DNA of 64,000 nucleotides from an uncultured Candidatus Rokubacteria bacterium (GTDB lineage Bacteria; Methylomirabilota; Methylomirabilia; Rokubacteriales; CSP1-6): NCBI GenBank assembly GCA_963789955.1, contig CAWBMV010000006.1, positions 256,001-320,000 on the forward strand, read 5' to 3'. The notes beneath the pieces were generated by a model, which saw only the letters and a program-made list of their open reading frames with translations, had not been told where the DNA came from and searched no databases. Position 1 is the stretch's first letter. Each line of letters starts with the position of its first letter. This document shows, piece by piece, positions 41,557-52,347 of this stretch. The translations under genes were made by a program, and so were the position numbers.

Positions 41557-43224
41557 ATGAGTGGACGTGTGAATCGACGAGCATTCCTGAAGCGCGCCGG
41601 CACGGTCGGCGCCGGCGCGGTCGTCGCGTCGCGAATTCACCGACCCGGCTCCGCCGCGGCGCAGGACGCGACCGTGCGTCCGGATCCCGCGGCCAAGCGC
41701 GGCGGTACCCTGCGCTACGGCATTCTCTCGGCGTCCGCGCACTTCGACGTGCACCAGTCGGGTACGGTCGCCAACATCGGGCCTCAGAGCCCGATGTACG
41801 ACACCTTGATCCGTCGAAGCCCCAAGGACGGCCAGACGATCATCCCGGACCTGGCCCAGCGGTGGGAGATCACGCCTGACGGCAAGAAGTACACGTTCTA
41901 TCTGCGCAAGGGCGTGAAGTTCCACGACGGCGCCGACTTCACGGCCGACGACGTGAAGGCGACCTACGACCGCATCGTGCATCCGCCGAAAGGCATCGTG
42001 ATCCCGCGCACGCCGCTCTTCGCCACCGTCGGCGAGATCGTCGTCGTCGATCCGCACAAGATCGAGTTCCGGATGACCGAAGCGCGGCCCCGGTCGTACA
42101 TGCTCGGCGCCTTCGCGAGCGGCTGGAACATCATCGTCCGCAAGAAGACGCTCGACGACAACCAGGGCAATCTCCGTCAGGTCATGAACTACCCGGGGAC
42201 CGGGCCGTTCAAGCACGTGTCGCGGCAGGACAAGGAAGTGTGGATCCAGGAGCGCAACCCGAACTACTGGAACAAGGGGTTGCCGCTCGTCGACCGGCTC
42301 GAGATCTATCATCTGCCGCCGTTCTCGCCGGAGCTCGGCTCCTCGTTCCTGTCCGGCAAGGTCGACTACGCGCGACTGCTCGATCCCGTCTCGTGGCGCA
42401 AGGCCAAGGAGATGCCGGGCGTGACGGCCGCGGTCTTCAACCAGTCCGTCATCCAGGCCTTCTGGACGAACATGCAGAAGAACAAGGCGCTCGCCGATCC
42501 GCGTGTGCGGCGGGCGATCCATCTGGCCATGGACCGTCCCGCCCTGGTCGACGTCGTGAAGGAGACGGCGCCGATGCAGATCGGAGGATTCGTCTACCCG
42601 TTCCACGAGATGTCGACGCCGCGCGCCGAGCTCGAGAAGAAGCTCGGCTACCAGAAGGACATCAAGCCCGCGGTGCAGGAAGCCAAGCGGCTCATGAAGG
42701 AGGCCGGCTACGCGAACGGTCTCCGCAATCTCGACTTCGTCGTCCGCGACATCGCGAGCTTCAAGCTGTGGGCCGTCGCGATCCAGGCGATGCTGAAAGA
42801 GAATCTGAACATCGAGTCCAACCTGCGCGTCGTGCAGACGTCGGTGTGGTTCGACGAGGCGACAGCCGGCAACTTCGACCTGGCCATCAGCGCGATCGTC
42901 TCGTCCTTGATGGATCCGTCCGACATCTTCAGCGCGTGGTACGGCAAGGACGGCCCCCAGAACTACTCGCGCTGGACGAACGCGCCGTTCCACGATCTCG
43001 CCAGCCAGATCGATCGCGAGCTCGACGACAACAAGCGCCGGGCGATGGTGCGCAAGGCGGAGGAGATCCTGGAATCCGACCCGCCGCTCATCCCGATCGC
43101 GTACGAGCAGATCTACGACGCCTGGTACAACAAGGTGCACGGCCAGAACCCGTCCACGTTCTTCGGAATCTACGACGTCGTGCGATGGGACCCGGTCTGG
43201 CTCGGCCTGAGAGCCGGCGTCTAG
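41557..43224 (+). CDS. Family 5 ABC substrate-binding protein, Tat signal
   Basis: NRRAFLK; LRKGVKFHDGADFTADDVK; GTGPF. Confidence 0.92.
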   Translation: MSGRVNRRAFLKRAGTVGAGAVVASRIHRPGSAAAQDATVRPDPAAKRGGTLRYGILSASAHFDVHQSGTVANIGPQSPMYDTLIRRSPKDGQTIIPDLAQRWEITPDGKKYTFYLRKGVKFHDGADFTADDVKATYDRIVHPPKGIVIPRTPLFATVGEIVVVDPHKIEFRMTEARPRSYMLGAFASGWNIIVRKKTLDDNQGNLRQVMNYPGTGPFKHVSRQDKEVWIQERNPNYWNKGLPLVDRLEIYHLPPFSPELGSSFLSGKVDYARLLDPVSWRKAKEMPGVTAAVFNQSVIQAFWTNMQKNKALADPRVRRAIHLAMDRPALVDVVKETAPMQIGGFVYPFHEMSTPRAELEKKLGYQKDIKPAVQEAKRLMKEAGYANGLRNLDFVVRDIASFKLWAVAIQAMLKENLNIESNLRVVQTSVWFDEATAGNFDLAISAIVSSLMDPSDIFSAWYGKDGPQNYSRWTNAPFHDLASQIDRELDDNKRRAMVRKAEEILESDPPLIPIAYEQIYDAWYNKVHGQNPSTFFGIYDVVRWDPVWLGLRAGV

Positions 43225-43227
43225 CGC

Positions 43228-44185
43228 GTGCGGAAGTACCTGGCGCGTCGGGCGATCTTCGCCGCCGTCACTCTGCTCGGCGTCTCGCTCAGCATCTTCG
43301 CGATACTACGGGTCCTGCCGGGGGATCCGCTCGTCGCCATTCTCGGCGTCGAGGGCCACGCGCAGATGAAGCCGGCCGATCGCGTGCGGATCATGGCCGA
43401 TCTCGGGCTCAGCGATCCGCTGCCGGTCCAGTACGTTCACTGGCTCGTCGACATCGGCGCCGGCCGGCTCGGCAAATCGTTCTTCCGGGGTGACACGGTC
43501 GCCGAGCTGATCCGTCATCGCGGCCCGATCAGCGCCGAGATCGGCGTGCTCGCGCTGATCATTTCCTGGCTCGTCGGGCTCCCGGTCGGCATCCTCAGCG
43601 CGTTCAAGCCGAACAGCCTGCCGGACGGCCTCGCGCGAGCGCTGTCGGTCCTGTTCATCGCGATCCCCGGCTTCTGGCTCGGCATGCTCATCGTGCTGGG
43701 CCTCTTGTTCTGGTTCGGCTACAAGGCGCCGATCATCATCGTCCACCTCTGGCACAACCCGTGGCAGAACTTGCAGATCGTCATCGGGCCCGGCGCTGGT
43801 GCTCGGGCTCGCTCAGGGCGCCTACATCGCGCGCATGTCGCGCTCGTGCCTGCTCGAGGTCATCGGCGAGGACTTCGTGCGGACGGCGCGCGCCAAGGGG
43901 CTTCGCGAGTGGCTCGTCGTGATGCGGCACGCGCTGCCCAACGCGCTCCTGCCGGTGATCACGATCTCGGGCGTGCTCCTCGGCTTCGTGCTGGGCGGGT
44001 CCGTGGCGGTGGAGCAAGCGTTCGGCGTGCCCGGCCTCGGCCGCGCGCTCGTCACCGCGGTGATCGAGCGCGACATCATCGTCGTGCAGAACCTGGTGCT
44101 GTTCTATGCCGTGATCTTCGTCGCCGTGAACGTCCTGGTCGACCTCAGCTACGCGTGGCTCGATCCGCGCATCCGCTACAGCTGA
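43228..44185 (+). CDS. Peptide/nickel ABC permease (DppB-like); frameshift near 43795
   Basis: LPGDP, EDFVRTARAKGL, DPRIRY. Confidence 0.88.
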
Positions 44186-44192
44186 CGACGCC

Positions 44193-45071
44193 ATGAAGGC
44201 CGTGGCGCTCGAGCTGGCGCGGTTCTCGCGCCGCAACACCTTGTCGGCGATCGGCGGCCTGATCGGCCTCTTGATCGTCTTCACCGCGGTGGCGGCGCCG
44301 CTCCTGGCGCCCCGCGATCCGCTCAAAGCGGATTTCCGGCGCATGAACAAGCCGCCCGACGCGCAGAGTCTCCTGGGCACGGATCAAGTCGGACGCGACA
44401 CCCTGAGCCGCGTGATCTACGGCGCCCGCACCTCGCTCTTCGTGGCGTTTTCCGCGGTCATCCTGGGCACCACGGTCGGCTCGTTGTGGGGGGTCGCCTG
44501 CGGCTATCTCCGCGGGCGCTTCGATCTCGTCAGCCAGCGGATCATGGAGATCATGCAGGCGTTCCCCGATCTCATCCTGGCCATGGCGATCTCCATGGCC
44601 ATCGGGACCGGCCTGCCCGCGGTGATCTTCGCGATCGCCATCACGCGGATTCCGTTCGGCGGCCGGGTGATCCGATCGGTCGCGCTATCCGTCCGCGAGA
44701 TGCCCTACGTCGAGGCGGGGCGCGCCAGCGGCGCCTCGGCACTGCGGGTCATGACGTTTCACGTCCTGCCCCAGTGCGTCGCCCCGTACCTGGTGCTGGC
44801 GACGACCCACCTGGGAGTCGCGATCGTCATCGAGGCGGCGCTGGGCTTCCTGGGCGTCGGCGTGCCGCCGCCCACACCGACCTGGGGCAACATGCTGGCC
44901 GACTCGATCACCGGGCTCATCCCGCCCTGGTGGCTGGCCTTCTTCCCGGGTCTGGCCATCACGGTGACGGTGCTCGCGTTCAACCTGCTGGGCGACGGGA
45001 TCCGCGACACGCTCGATCCGCGCCTGTCGCCGGCCTTCCTCCGCATGATGACGGGCGGGCGCCGCGGGTAG
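44193..45071 (+). CDS. Peptide/nickel ABC permease (DppC-like)
   Basis: LGTDQVGRD, YVEAGRASG, PPPTPTWG, GDGIRDTLDP. Confidence 0.92.
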   Translation: MKAVALELARFSRRNTLSAIGGLIGLLIVFTAVAAPLLAPRDPLKADFRRMNKPPDAQSLLGTDQVGRDTLSRVIYGARTSLFVAFSAVILGTTVGSLWGVACGYLRGRFDLVSQRIMEIMQAFPDLILAMAISMAIGTGLPAVIFAIAITRIPFGGRVIRSVALSVREMPYVEAGRASGASALRVMTFHVLPQCVAPYLVLATTHLGVAIVIEAALGFLGVGVPPPTPTWGNMLADSITGLIPPWWLAFFPGLAITVTVLAFNLLGDGIRDTLDPRLSPAFLRMMTGGRRG

Positions 45072-45085
45072 CGCGGCGCGAAGCC

Positions 45086-45817
45086 TCAGCGGTCGAGCTT
45101 CGAGCCCGCTCCCACGCACAGCGCGACGGCGTAGCCTTCGTGCATCGTGTGACGTCCCGTGAGCTCCAGCGCCTCCGTCGTGACGCGATGGCGGCCGGGA
45201 GCGATCTCCTCGCACGCAACCTCGCGAAGCGCCATCGCCAGGCCGCGGCCCACGACCTTCGAGCACGCCTCCTTCAGCGCCCAGAGGATCGCGAGCCGTT
45301 CGTCCTCCGGGTGTGAGCCGAGCAAGCGATCGCGCTCGTGCGCGAACTGGCGGGCGAGCCTGCGCAGGCGAGGGGAGACTTCTTCGATATCGACGCCGAT
45401 CCGCGAGCCGGGCGCGCTCGAGGTGGCCGCGCAGGCGAATCGTCCCTTGTGGGACAGCGAGCAGTCCGCCACGACGTCGGTGACCAGCCCCGGCGTGAAG
45501 ACGAGGCGCGGGCGCCCGCGCGGGTCCTTGATCACGGCGCAGTCCAGGGGCGCACCGACCAGGCCCTGATCTACCGCCATCAGCTTGAGGCAGACCCGTG
45601 CGCCGAGCCATTCCCGGCGGCGTAGCGGGTGTCGAAGCTCCGCGTATTCCGCCTGTTCCGGCTCGGCGAGAAAGCCGGTCGCGACGAGCTCCAGGTCGCC
45701 CAGCCGGGCCAGATCGAGCAGGCGCACCTCGATCCCGTCGTCGCCGAGCGCGAGCGCCGTCAGCGCGTTCGGGTCGAGCACGCGCGGATCAGCCCGGCGC
45801 CCGGCGGCGCGACGCAC
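45086..45817 (-). CDS. Sfp-type 4'-phosphopantetheinyl transferase; start uncertain
   Basis: RRREWLGAR, GRP, SLSH, IGVDIE, WALKEACSK. Confidence 0.85.
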   Translation of the reverse strand: MRRAAGRRADPRVLDPNALTALALGDDGIEVRLLDLARLGDLELVATGFLAEPEQAEYAELRHPLRRREWLGARVCLKLMAVDQGLVGAPLDCAVIKDPRGRPRLVFTPGLVTDVVADCSLSHKGRFACAATSSAPGSRIGVDIEEVSPRLRRLARQFAHERDRLLGSHPEDERLAILWALKEACSKVVGRGLAMALREVACEEIAPGRHRVTTEALELTGRHTMHEGYAVALCVGAGSKLDR

Positions 45818-45860
45818 GGGGGTGACGGCCGCCCGGTCGGCAGGGTGCCCAGGTTCCAGA

Positions 45861-45876
45861 ATTAGGGTGTCCTAAT
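45861..45876. promoter_or_regulatory. Palindromic operator, candidate DtxR/MntR-family metal box
   Basis: ATTAGG-gtgt-CCTAAT perfect inverted repeat in an AT-rich gap upstream of bfd-bfr. Confidence 0.55.
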
Positions 45877-45999
45877 ACAAAAAAACTCGGGTGCATACCT
45901 TTTCGGGATTTGGTATCCTCACCCTCGAACCACGGAAGGGAGCCCGATGCGGCCTGTACGAGCAGTCGGAGCGTGGCGCCGGAGCGGAGCATCGTCGCG

Positions 46000-46248
46000 A
46001 TGATCGTGTGTCTGTGCCGGGGACTCGGCGAGCACGCGATCCGGACGAGCATCGCCCGGGGCGGCGACAGTCTCGAGCGGCTGGCCGACATCTGCGGCGC
46101 CGGCGCCGATTGCGGCGGCTGCTCCTCGACGCTCGATGCTCTGCTTGATGAAGCTCGCGGCGCGTCCTATAGTGGCCTCGCACCACAATCCACTCTCAGT
46201 GTCGGAGGCGTACTATGCGAGGCCACGAGCAGGTCATCACCCTCCTGA
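46000..46248 (+). CDS. bfd: Bacterioferritin-associated ferredoxin
   Basis: MIVCLC...GADCGGC; directly upstream of bfr. Confidence 0.88.
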   Translation: MIVCLCRGLGEHAIRTSIARGGDSLERLADICGAGADCGGCSSTLDALLDEARGASYSGLAPQSTLSVGGVLCEATSRSSPS

Positions 46249-46694
46249 ACGAGGTCCTCACAGCCGAGCTCACGGCGATCAATCAGTACTTCATCCACGG
46301 CCGGATGTGCGAGAACTGGGGCTACCAGCGGCTGTGGAAGAAGCTCCGTGAAGAATCGATCGGCGAGATGAAGCACGCCGACGAGCTCATCGAGCGCATC
46401 CTCTACCTCGAAGGTGTTCCGAACGTCCAGCGCCTCGGCAAGGTGAACGTCGGCGAGACCGTGCCGGAGCAGCTCCGCCTGGATCTCGAGGTCGAGCGCG
46501 ACGCCATCCGCATGCTCAACGCGGGCATCGAGACGGCCCGGAGCCTGGGTGACAACGGCAGCCGGGAGCTCCTCGAGCACATCCTCGAAGGCGAGGAGGG
46601 CCACGCGAACTGGATCGAGGCCCAGATGACCTTGATCGCCCAGACGGGCGAGGGCAACTACCTCGCGCAGCAGATCAAGAACGGGGACGAGTAG
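46215..46694 (+). CDS. bfr: Bacterioferritin
   Basis: [19 protein letters not shown] (heme Met52), [10 protein letters not shown]. Confidence 0.96.
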   Translation: MRGHEQVITLLNEVLTAELTAINQYFIHGRMCENWGYQRLWKKLREESIGEMKHADELIERILYLEGVPNVQRLGKVNVGETVPEQLRLDLEVERDAIRMLNAGIETARSLGDNGSRELLEHILEGEEGHANWIEAQMTLIAQTGEGNYLAQQIKNGDE

Positions 46695-47727
46695 CGCCCT
46701 CGGCGGTCGCGCCCGCGTAGTCCTTCCGGTGGAAGTAGTTCGCGTTGTAGAACTCCAGCACCAGATCGCGGTAGACGGCCCGCGGATAGCGCGCCGGATC
46801 GTCGGCGCCGACGCACGTCGGCACGCACTCGATGGTGGCGTCGACGTTCGGGCTGTAGAAGAACGCGATCGAGTACCGGTCCTTTCCCGAATCGTTCAGC
46901 ACACCGTGCGGCGTCGACAGGAACCGATCGTTCGACCACCGCTTCATGATGTTGCCGAGGTTGACCAGGAAGGTCCCGGGGATCACGGGCGGCGCCATCC
47001 ATTCCCCGTTCGGGAGCCGGACCGCCAGGCCCGGCACGTCCTCGCGCGCGAGCATCGTGATGAACGAGTTGTCGGTGTGCGGCCCCTGCCCGAACTGCTC
47101 CTCGTCGTCGGTCTCCTGCGGCGGGTAGTGGAGGAAGCGCAGGTTGATGTGGGCCTCGTTCCGGAAGAACGGCGCAAAGTGCTCGGCGGGCATCCCGAGC
47201 GCGCGGCTCAGCATCGGGAGCAGGCGCTCGCCGAGTCGCTCGAGCGTCTTGAAGTAGGTGACCATCGCGGCGCGCATGCGGTCGTGGCGGTCCGGCCACT
47301 GATTTCGTCCGCGCAGCGGCGTGCCCGCGACGACGTCGGGATGGTCGGCGCCGCGATCGTGGCTGATGAAGAAGCTCTCGTTGAAGTTCGGCCGGGTCGC
47401 CTTGTGGACCGTCGAGTGCCGCTGCATGCTCTCGTTCACGGCGAGATAGCCGATGTTGTTCTCGTTGATCTTCAGCGCGCGCTTGGCGTCGAGCGGCATC
47501 GCGTGGAACTCGCGCGAGGCCGCGAACGCGTCGTCGATGACGGCTTGCGGCACGCCGTGGCCGGCCAGATAGAAGAAGCCGACCATCTCGCAGGCGCGTC
47601 GGACCTCGAGCGCCACGGCGTCCATCGCGCCCGGCTCGCCGCGGAACGCGGGCCCCACGTCGATGAGCGGGATCGCCTTCGTGGCCGCTTCGAAGTCTTT
47701 CACCGCCAGCGCCTTGAAGATGTTCAT
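46675..47727 (-). CDS. 2-oxoglutarate/Fe(II) oxygenase, isopenicillin N synthase family
   Basis: [38 protein letters not shown]. Confidence 0.92.
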   Translation of the reverse strand: MNIFKALAVKDFEAATKAIPLIDVGPAFRGEPGAMDAVALEVRRACEMVGFFYLAGHGVPQAVIDDAFAASREFHAMPLDAKRALKINENNIGYLAVNESMQRHSTVHKATRPNFNESFFISHDRGADHPDVVAGTPLRGRNQWPDRHDRMRAAMVTYFKTLERLGERLLPMLSRALGMPAEHFAPFFRNEAHINLRFLHYPPQETDDEEQFGQGPHTDNSFITMLAREDVPGLAVRLPNGEWMAPPVIPGTFLVNLGNIMKRWSNDRFLSTPHGVLNDSGKDRYSIAFFYSPNVDATIECVPTCVGADDPARYPRAVYRDLVLEFYNANYFHRKDYAGATAEGATRPRS

Positions 47728-47811
47728 CTCGGGCCTCCGTGCCCTTTCACCCTGGTCCTACGTCGAGATCGTACCGCCGTGCCGCGATGGAGACCAGAAG
47801 CTTTTGACGGT

Positions 47812-47841
47812 TTGACAGGGGCCTGCGGCTATCTCTAGGGT
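47812..47841 (+). promoter_or_regulatory. Possible sigma70-type promoter
   Basis: TTGACA-18 bp-TAGGGT upstream of the AGGAGG RBS of the dioxygenase gene. Confidence 0.4.
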
Positions 47842-47880
47842 AGTTGTCGGAAAATCGACCTCAGGAGGCCAGACAGACGA

Positions 47881-48490
47881 ATGCGGACCAATGGCTCGCG
47901 CCGCGAGTTCCTGAAAGTCGCCGCCGGGCTGTCGGCGCTCGCCGCGGGCTCGCGGGCGGTCGACGCGGACGGCCCAAACCCAACCGCTGCGACCGACGCC
48001 GAGCTGCCCGGGCTCGGCCGCGCCGACCGCGCGCCAGACCGAAGGGCCGTACTTCAAGCCCGACTCGCCGCTGCGGGCCTCGCTGCTCGAACCCGGAATC
48101 GTCGGCACGCAGATCGTGGTGACGGGGACGGTGCTGTCCACGACCTGCCAGCCGATCGCGCGAGCCTTGATCGACGTCTGGCACGCGGACGATCGCGGCG
48201 GCTACGACAACACCGGCTTCCGCCTTCGCGGCCATCAATTCACGGACGACCAGGGGCGCTACCGGCTCGAGACCATCGTGCCGGGGGTCTACGTCGGCCG
48301 GACGCGCCACTTCCACGTGAAGGTGCAGCCACCCAATCGCCCGGTGCTCACGACCCAGCTCTATTTCCCCGGCGAGGCCGTCAACGCGAGAGATCCCATC
48401 TTCAGCCCCGAGCTGGTGATGCGGGTGACCGAGACGACGACGGGCAAGGCCGGGACGTTCGACTTCGTCGTCGACCTCGGCCGGCGATGA
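47881..48490 (+). CDS. Intradiol ring-cleavage dioxygenase-like protein with Tat signal; frameshift near 47990
   Basis: SRREFLK; QTEGPYF, DVWHAD..G.YD, PGVY.GRTRHFHVKV, TTQLYF. Confidence 0.85.
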
Positions 48491-50240
48491 CCGAGTTCGT
48501 GAGCGAGGTGCGCGATGGCATGCGCATCGACTGGGATGTTCCCATTCGCGTGGACGACGGCCTCGTGCTGCGCGCCGACGTGTTTCGTCCGGTCGCCGCG
48601 GGCAAGCATCCGGTGATCCTGACCTACGGCCCGTACGGGAAGTGGCTCCACTTCGAGGATCTCTACACCGACCAGTGGCGCCGGATGGTCGAGCAGCATC
48701 CCGACGTGCCCGCCGGCTCCACGAACAAGTACCAGAACTGGGAAGTCGTCGATCCCGAGAAGTGGGTGCCGGACGGCTACGCCTGTGTGCGCGTCGACTC
48801 ACGCGGCGCCGGCCGCTCGCCCGGCCGGCTCGACATCTGGTCCGCGCGCGAGGCCAAGGACCTCTATCACTGCATCGAGTGGGCCGCCGAGCAAGCCTGG
48901 AGCAACGGCAAGGTCGGGCTCAACGGCATCTCCTACTACGCGATGAATCAGTGGCAGGTGGCGGCGCTCGAGCCGCCGCACCTGGCCGCGATCTGCATCT
49001 GGGAAGGCGCCGCCGACTACTATCGCGACCTGAGCCATCACGGCGGCATCCTGTGCACGTTCGGGCGCGCGTGGTTTCCCTCGCAGGTCATCCGGGTCCA
49101 GCACGGTCGCGGCACGCGCGGATACCGGAGCCGGATGAACGGCGACTGGGTCTCGGGGCCGTCGACCCTCACCGAGGAAGAGCTCGGCGGCACCCGCCGC
49201 GATTTCTACGAGGACTGCTGGGCGAACCCGCTCGCCAGCGACGACTACTGGCGCTCGCGCGTGCCGGACTGGTCGAAGGTGAAGGTGCCGCTCTTCTCGT
49301 CGGCCAACTGGGGCGGGCAGGGGCTTCATCCGCGCGGCAACTTCGAGGGATTCGTCCGCTCGGCGGCGAAGCAGAAGTGGCTCGAGGTGCACGGCATCGA
49401 GCACTGGACCCACTTCTACACGGACTACGGCGTGAACCTTCAGAAGAAGTTCTTCGGCCACTTCTTGAAGGGCGAGGACACGGGCTGGAAGAAGCAGCCG
49501 CAAGGTCGTGCTCCAGGTCCGCCACCCCGGCGAGACGTTCGTCGAGCGGCACGAGAACGAATGGCCGCTCGCGCGCACGCGGTGGACCAAGCTCTACCTG
49601 AGCCCGGCCGATCAGGGCCTGGTGCGCACACCCGTGGCCCGTCGCGGCGCGGTCACCTACGACGGCCTCGGGGAAGGCGTGACGTTCCTCACGCCGCCGC
49701 TGCCGCGCGAGACCGAGATCACCGGTCCCATCGCCGCGAAGCTCTTCGTCTCGTCGCAGACGACCGACGCCGATCTGTTCTTGATCGTCCGCGTGCTCAC
49801 CCCGAACATGAAGGAAGTCGTCTTCCAGGGCGCGCTGGACCCGCACACCCCGATCGCCCAGGGATGGCTCCGCGCCTCACACCGAAAGCTCGATCCGAAG
49901 CTCACGCTCCCGTACCGGCCCTACCACACGCACGACCAGAAGCAGCCGCTGACCGCCCGGCAAGATCTACGAGCTCGACGTCGAGATCTGGCCGACGTCG
50001 ATCGTGGCGCCGGCCGGCTACCGCCTCGGGCTCACGGTGCGCGGGCGCGACTACGAGTACCCGGGCGGGCCGTCGACCGGGCTCGGCACGCTCGGCGCGG
50101 TATTCACCGGCGTCGGCCCGTTCCAGCACAATGACCCGCGCGATCGTCCGGCTGATGTCTTCGGCAAGAAGGTGACGATCCACTGCGGGCCGGGGCGCCA
50201 GTCGTACGTCCTGTTGCCCGTCATTCCGCCGGCGCGCTAG
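48487..50240 (+). CDS. CocE/NonD family hydrolase (peptidase S15); two frameshifts
   Basis: DGLVLRADVFRP, VDSRGAGRSPG, WSNGKVGLNGISYY, EITGP, GWLRASHR. Confidence 0.9.
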
Positions 50241-50265
50241 GATAGCGCTCCTCGAGGAGGAGGCC

Positions 50266-51104
50266 ATGAAGCAGCTGACCAAGAACGTGTTCGTCGAGAC
50301 CGAGCTCCGCGGATCCAATCACGGCCTCGTCACCACCTCGGACGGCATCGTGCTGATCGACACGCCGCACAAGCCCAGCGACGCCATGCGGCTCCGAGCC
50401 GACGTCGAGCGGCGAGGCCGGCTCCGCTACATCCTCAACACCGAGCCTCATGGCGACCACTGGACCGGCAACACGTACTTCGACGCGCCCGTCGTCGCCC
50501 ACGAGGGCGTGCGCACGCGCATCCTGACGACCGACCTGCCCGCGCACGTCGCGCGCGTCGCCTCGTTCGGGCCGGACGAGCCGAAGCTGCTCGAGAACTA
50601 CAGCCCAACGCGCCGGTCATCACCTTCGAGAGCGAGATGAAGCTCCACGTGGGCGACCACACCTTTCGGCTGGTCCACATGCCCGGCCATACGGCGTACC
50701 AGGCGGCGGTGATCGTGGAGGAAGAAGGCGTCGTCTTCACCAGCGACAACATCTTCTGCAAGGTCCACACGTGGCTCCAGGAGGCCGATCCGAACCTGTG
50801 GCTCGGGGCGCTCGATTCGCTCCGCGGTCTTCGCGAGGACACGTTCGTCCCCGGTCACGGCCCGATCTGCGACAAGCGCTACCTCGACGAGCAGGGCACG
50901 TTCATCCGCGAATGGGTCGACTACGTGCGCAAAGGCGTCGGGCAGGGGATGACGAAGGAGCAGTGCGTGGCCGACCTCACCGCGATGACGGACCGCTATC
51001 CCATGGACGTCGGCCAGGACGGGATGGCGCCGATGGTGATGAAGATGAACGTCGCCAATCTGTACGACTTCGTCACCGGCGCCGGGATCCATCGACACAA
51101 CTGA
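50266..51104 (+). CDS. MBL-fold metallo-hydrolase; frameshift near 50605
   Basis: NTEPHGDHWTGN, PGHT, FTSD, VPGHG. Confidence 0.88.
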
Positions 51105-51123
51105 CGCACCCGCGCGCGAGGAG

Positions 51124-51501
51124 ATGGAGATGATCGAGTCGAGCCTGGACACCGCGCGCTCGATCCTGTACGTGCGACCGAAGTCCGCCCTCGCGGAAGA
51201 AGACTTCGTGCAGCTCGCGAAGACGGTCGACCCGTTCATCCAGTCCGCCGGAGATCTCGCCGGGCTCATCCTCGAGATCGCCGCGTTCCCGGGATGGGAC
51301 AGCCTCGGAGCGATGGCGGCTCACTTTCGCTTTGTCCGCGATCACCACAAGCACATCAGGAAGGTCGCGGTCGTGACCGACGCGCCGCTGGGCAGTATCG
51401 CGGAGAAGCTCGCGTCGCACTTCGTCTCGGCGACGATCAAGCACTTTCCGGCCGGGGCCACCGCGGCCGCGCAGCAATGGATCGTGAGCGCGCAGCCCTG
51501 A
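51124..51501 (+). CDS. SpoIIAA-like (STAS/SEC14) domain protein
   Basis: FPGW, HFRFVRDHH..IRKVAVVTD, final A.QWI. Confidence 0.8.
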   Translation: MEMIESSLDTARSILYVRPKSALAEEDFVQLAKTVDPFIQSAGDLAGLILEIAAFPGWDSLGAMAAHFRFVRDHHKHIRKVAVVTDAPLGSIAEKLASHFVSATIKHFPAGATAAAQQWIVSAQP

Positions 51502-51511
51502 CCCGCCTCAG

Positions 51512-51862
51512 CTAGCGCGAGGCCGGCCAGGCGTCCAGCGACTCGGGGTGCCGGTCCGCGCCGGCCTGCACACGGTACAGCACCATCCGTGTGATCGCCG
51601 TCACCTGATGGACCTCGCCCGCCGGGAAGATGACGGTGTCGCCGGGGCCGAGCTGCCGGTCGATCTGACCGTCGCTGAACAAGCCGTTGCCTTCCACGAC
51701 GTGATAGATCTCGTCCGCGCCGGGGTGGCAGTGGATCGGCGACGTCTGGCCGGGCTCCCAGCACGCGATGCTGATGTCGCTCCGCGACGTCGCGGTGAGA
51801 CTCTTGTGGATGTGATGCTTCGGCGAGAACTCCCGCGCGGCCTTCAGGTCGACGAATTCCAT
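51512..51862 (-). CDS. Cupin domain protein
   Basis: PGQTSPIHCH...EIYHVVEG; GDTVIFPAGEVH. Confidence 0.85.
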   Translation of the reverse strand: MEFVDLKAAREFSPKHHIHKSLTATSRSDISIACWEPGQTSPIHCHPGADEIYHVVEGNGLFSDGQIDRQLGPGDTVIFPAGEVHQVTAITRMVLYRVQAGADRHPESLDAWPASR

Positions 51863-52188
51863 GCGCCCTCCCTCTCGCTGGCGAACAGCTCGACGGTGCC
51901 GCGCGCGTTGTCGGTCAGCGCGAACACCTCGTAGAACTCGATCTGCGGATGCATGCCGTACCGCTCGACGATTCCGTCGAGCCAGGCGCCGCCGTAGAAA
52001 CGCTTGGCGTCCTCGAGCGTCTGCCACTGATAGACGCCGCCGGCCCAGCCGCTCTCGCTCCAGATGAAGTGCTTGCTGATCAAGCCGCGTACCTCCTGGA
52101 AGCCGGGCGCGATCTTGTGGAAGTGAGCGCGGCACGCGTCGTAGTCGATGTGGGCGGGGAGCTGGTAGCGGACGGTCGCAGTGATCAT
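51844..52188 (-). CDS. YdhR-like putative monooxygenase (dimeric alpha-beta barrel)
   Basis: GLISKHF, AGGVYQW..LEDA..FY pattern. Confidence 0.7.
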   Translation of the reverse strand: MITATVRYQLPAHIDYDACRAHFHKIAPGFQEVRGLISKHFIWSESGWAGGVYQWQTLEDAKRFYGGAWLDGIVERYGMHPQIEFYEVFALTDNARGTVELFASEREGAWNSST

Positions 52189-52271
52189 GGCGCCTCCCGT
52201 GTCCGTTCGGTTGCCGGCATGGTAACAAGCCCCGCCGGATGTCGCCACGCACGGACTTTCCGGAAGGGCCG

Positions 52272-52303
52272 TTGACAGAGTGTTACGATTAGGTCATGTT
52301 AAC
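52272..52303 (+). promoter_or_regulatory. Promoter with overlapping imperfect TTAGG-N4-CCTAA-like box
   Basis: TTGACA-17 bp-CATGTT; ATTAGG-tcat-GTTAAC at 52288-52303. Confidence 0.5.
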
Positions 52304-52347
52304 TCTCCCCGGACTGGGGGGTTAATCTGAGGGGTGGGAGGGATCCG

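Noticed and set aside
45086..47727. Secondary-metabolite cluster (PPTase plus IPNS-family oxygenase)
   Set aside because: No NRPS, PKS, carrier protein or precursor peptide; IPNS-like oxygenases are widespread outside beta-lactam pathways
47881..50175. Tat-exported CocE hydrolase (764 aa)
   Set aside because: The Tat signal belongs to the frameshifted dioxygenase; CocE starts at 48487 and the linker is off-frame sequence
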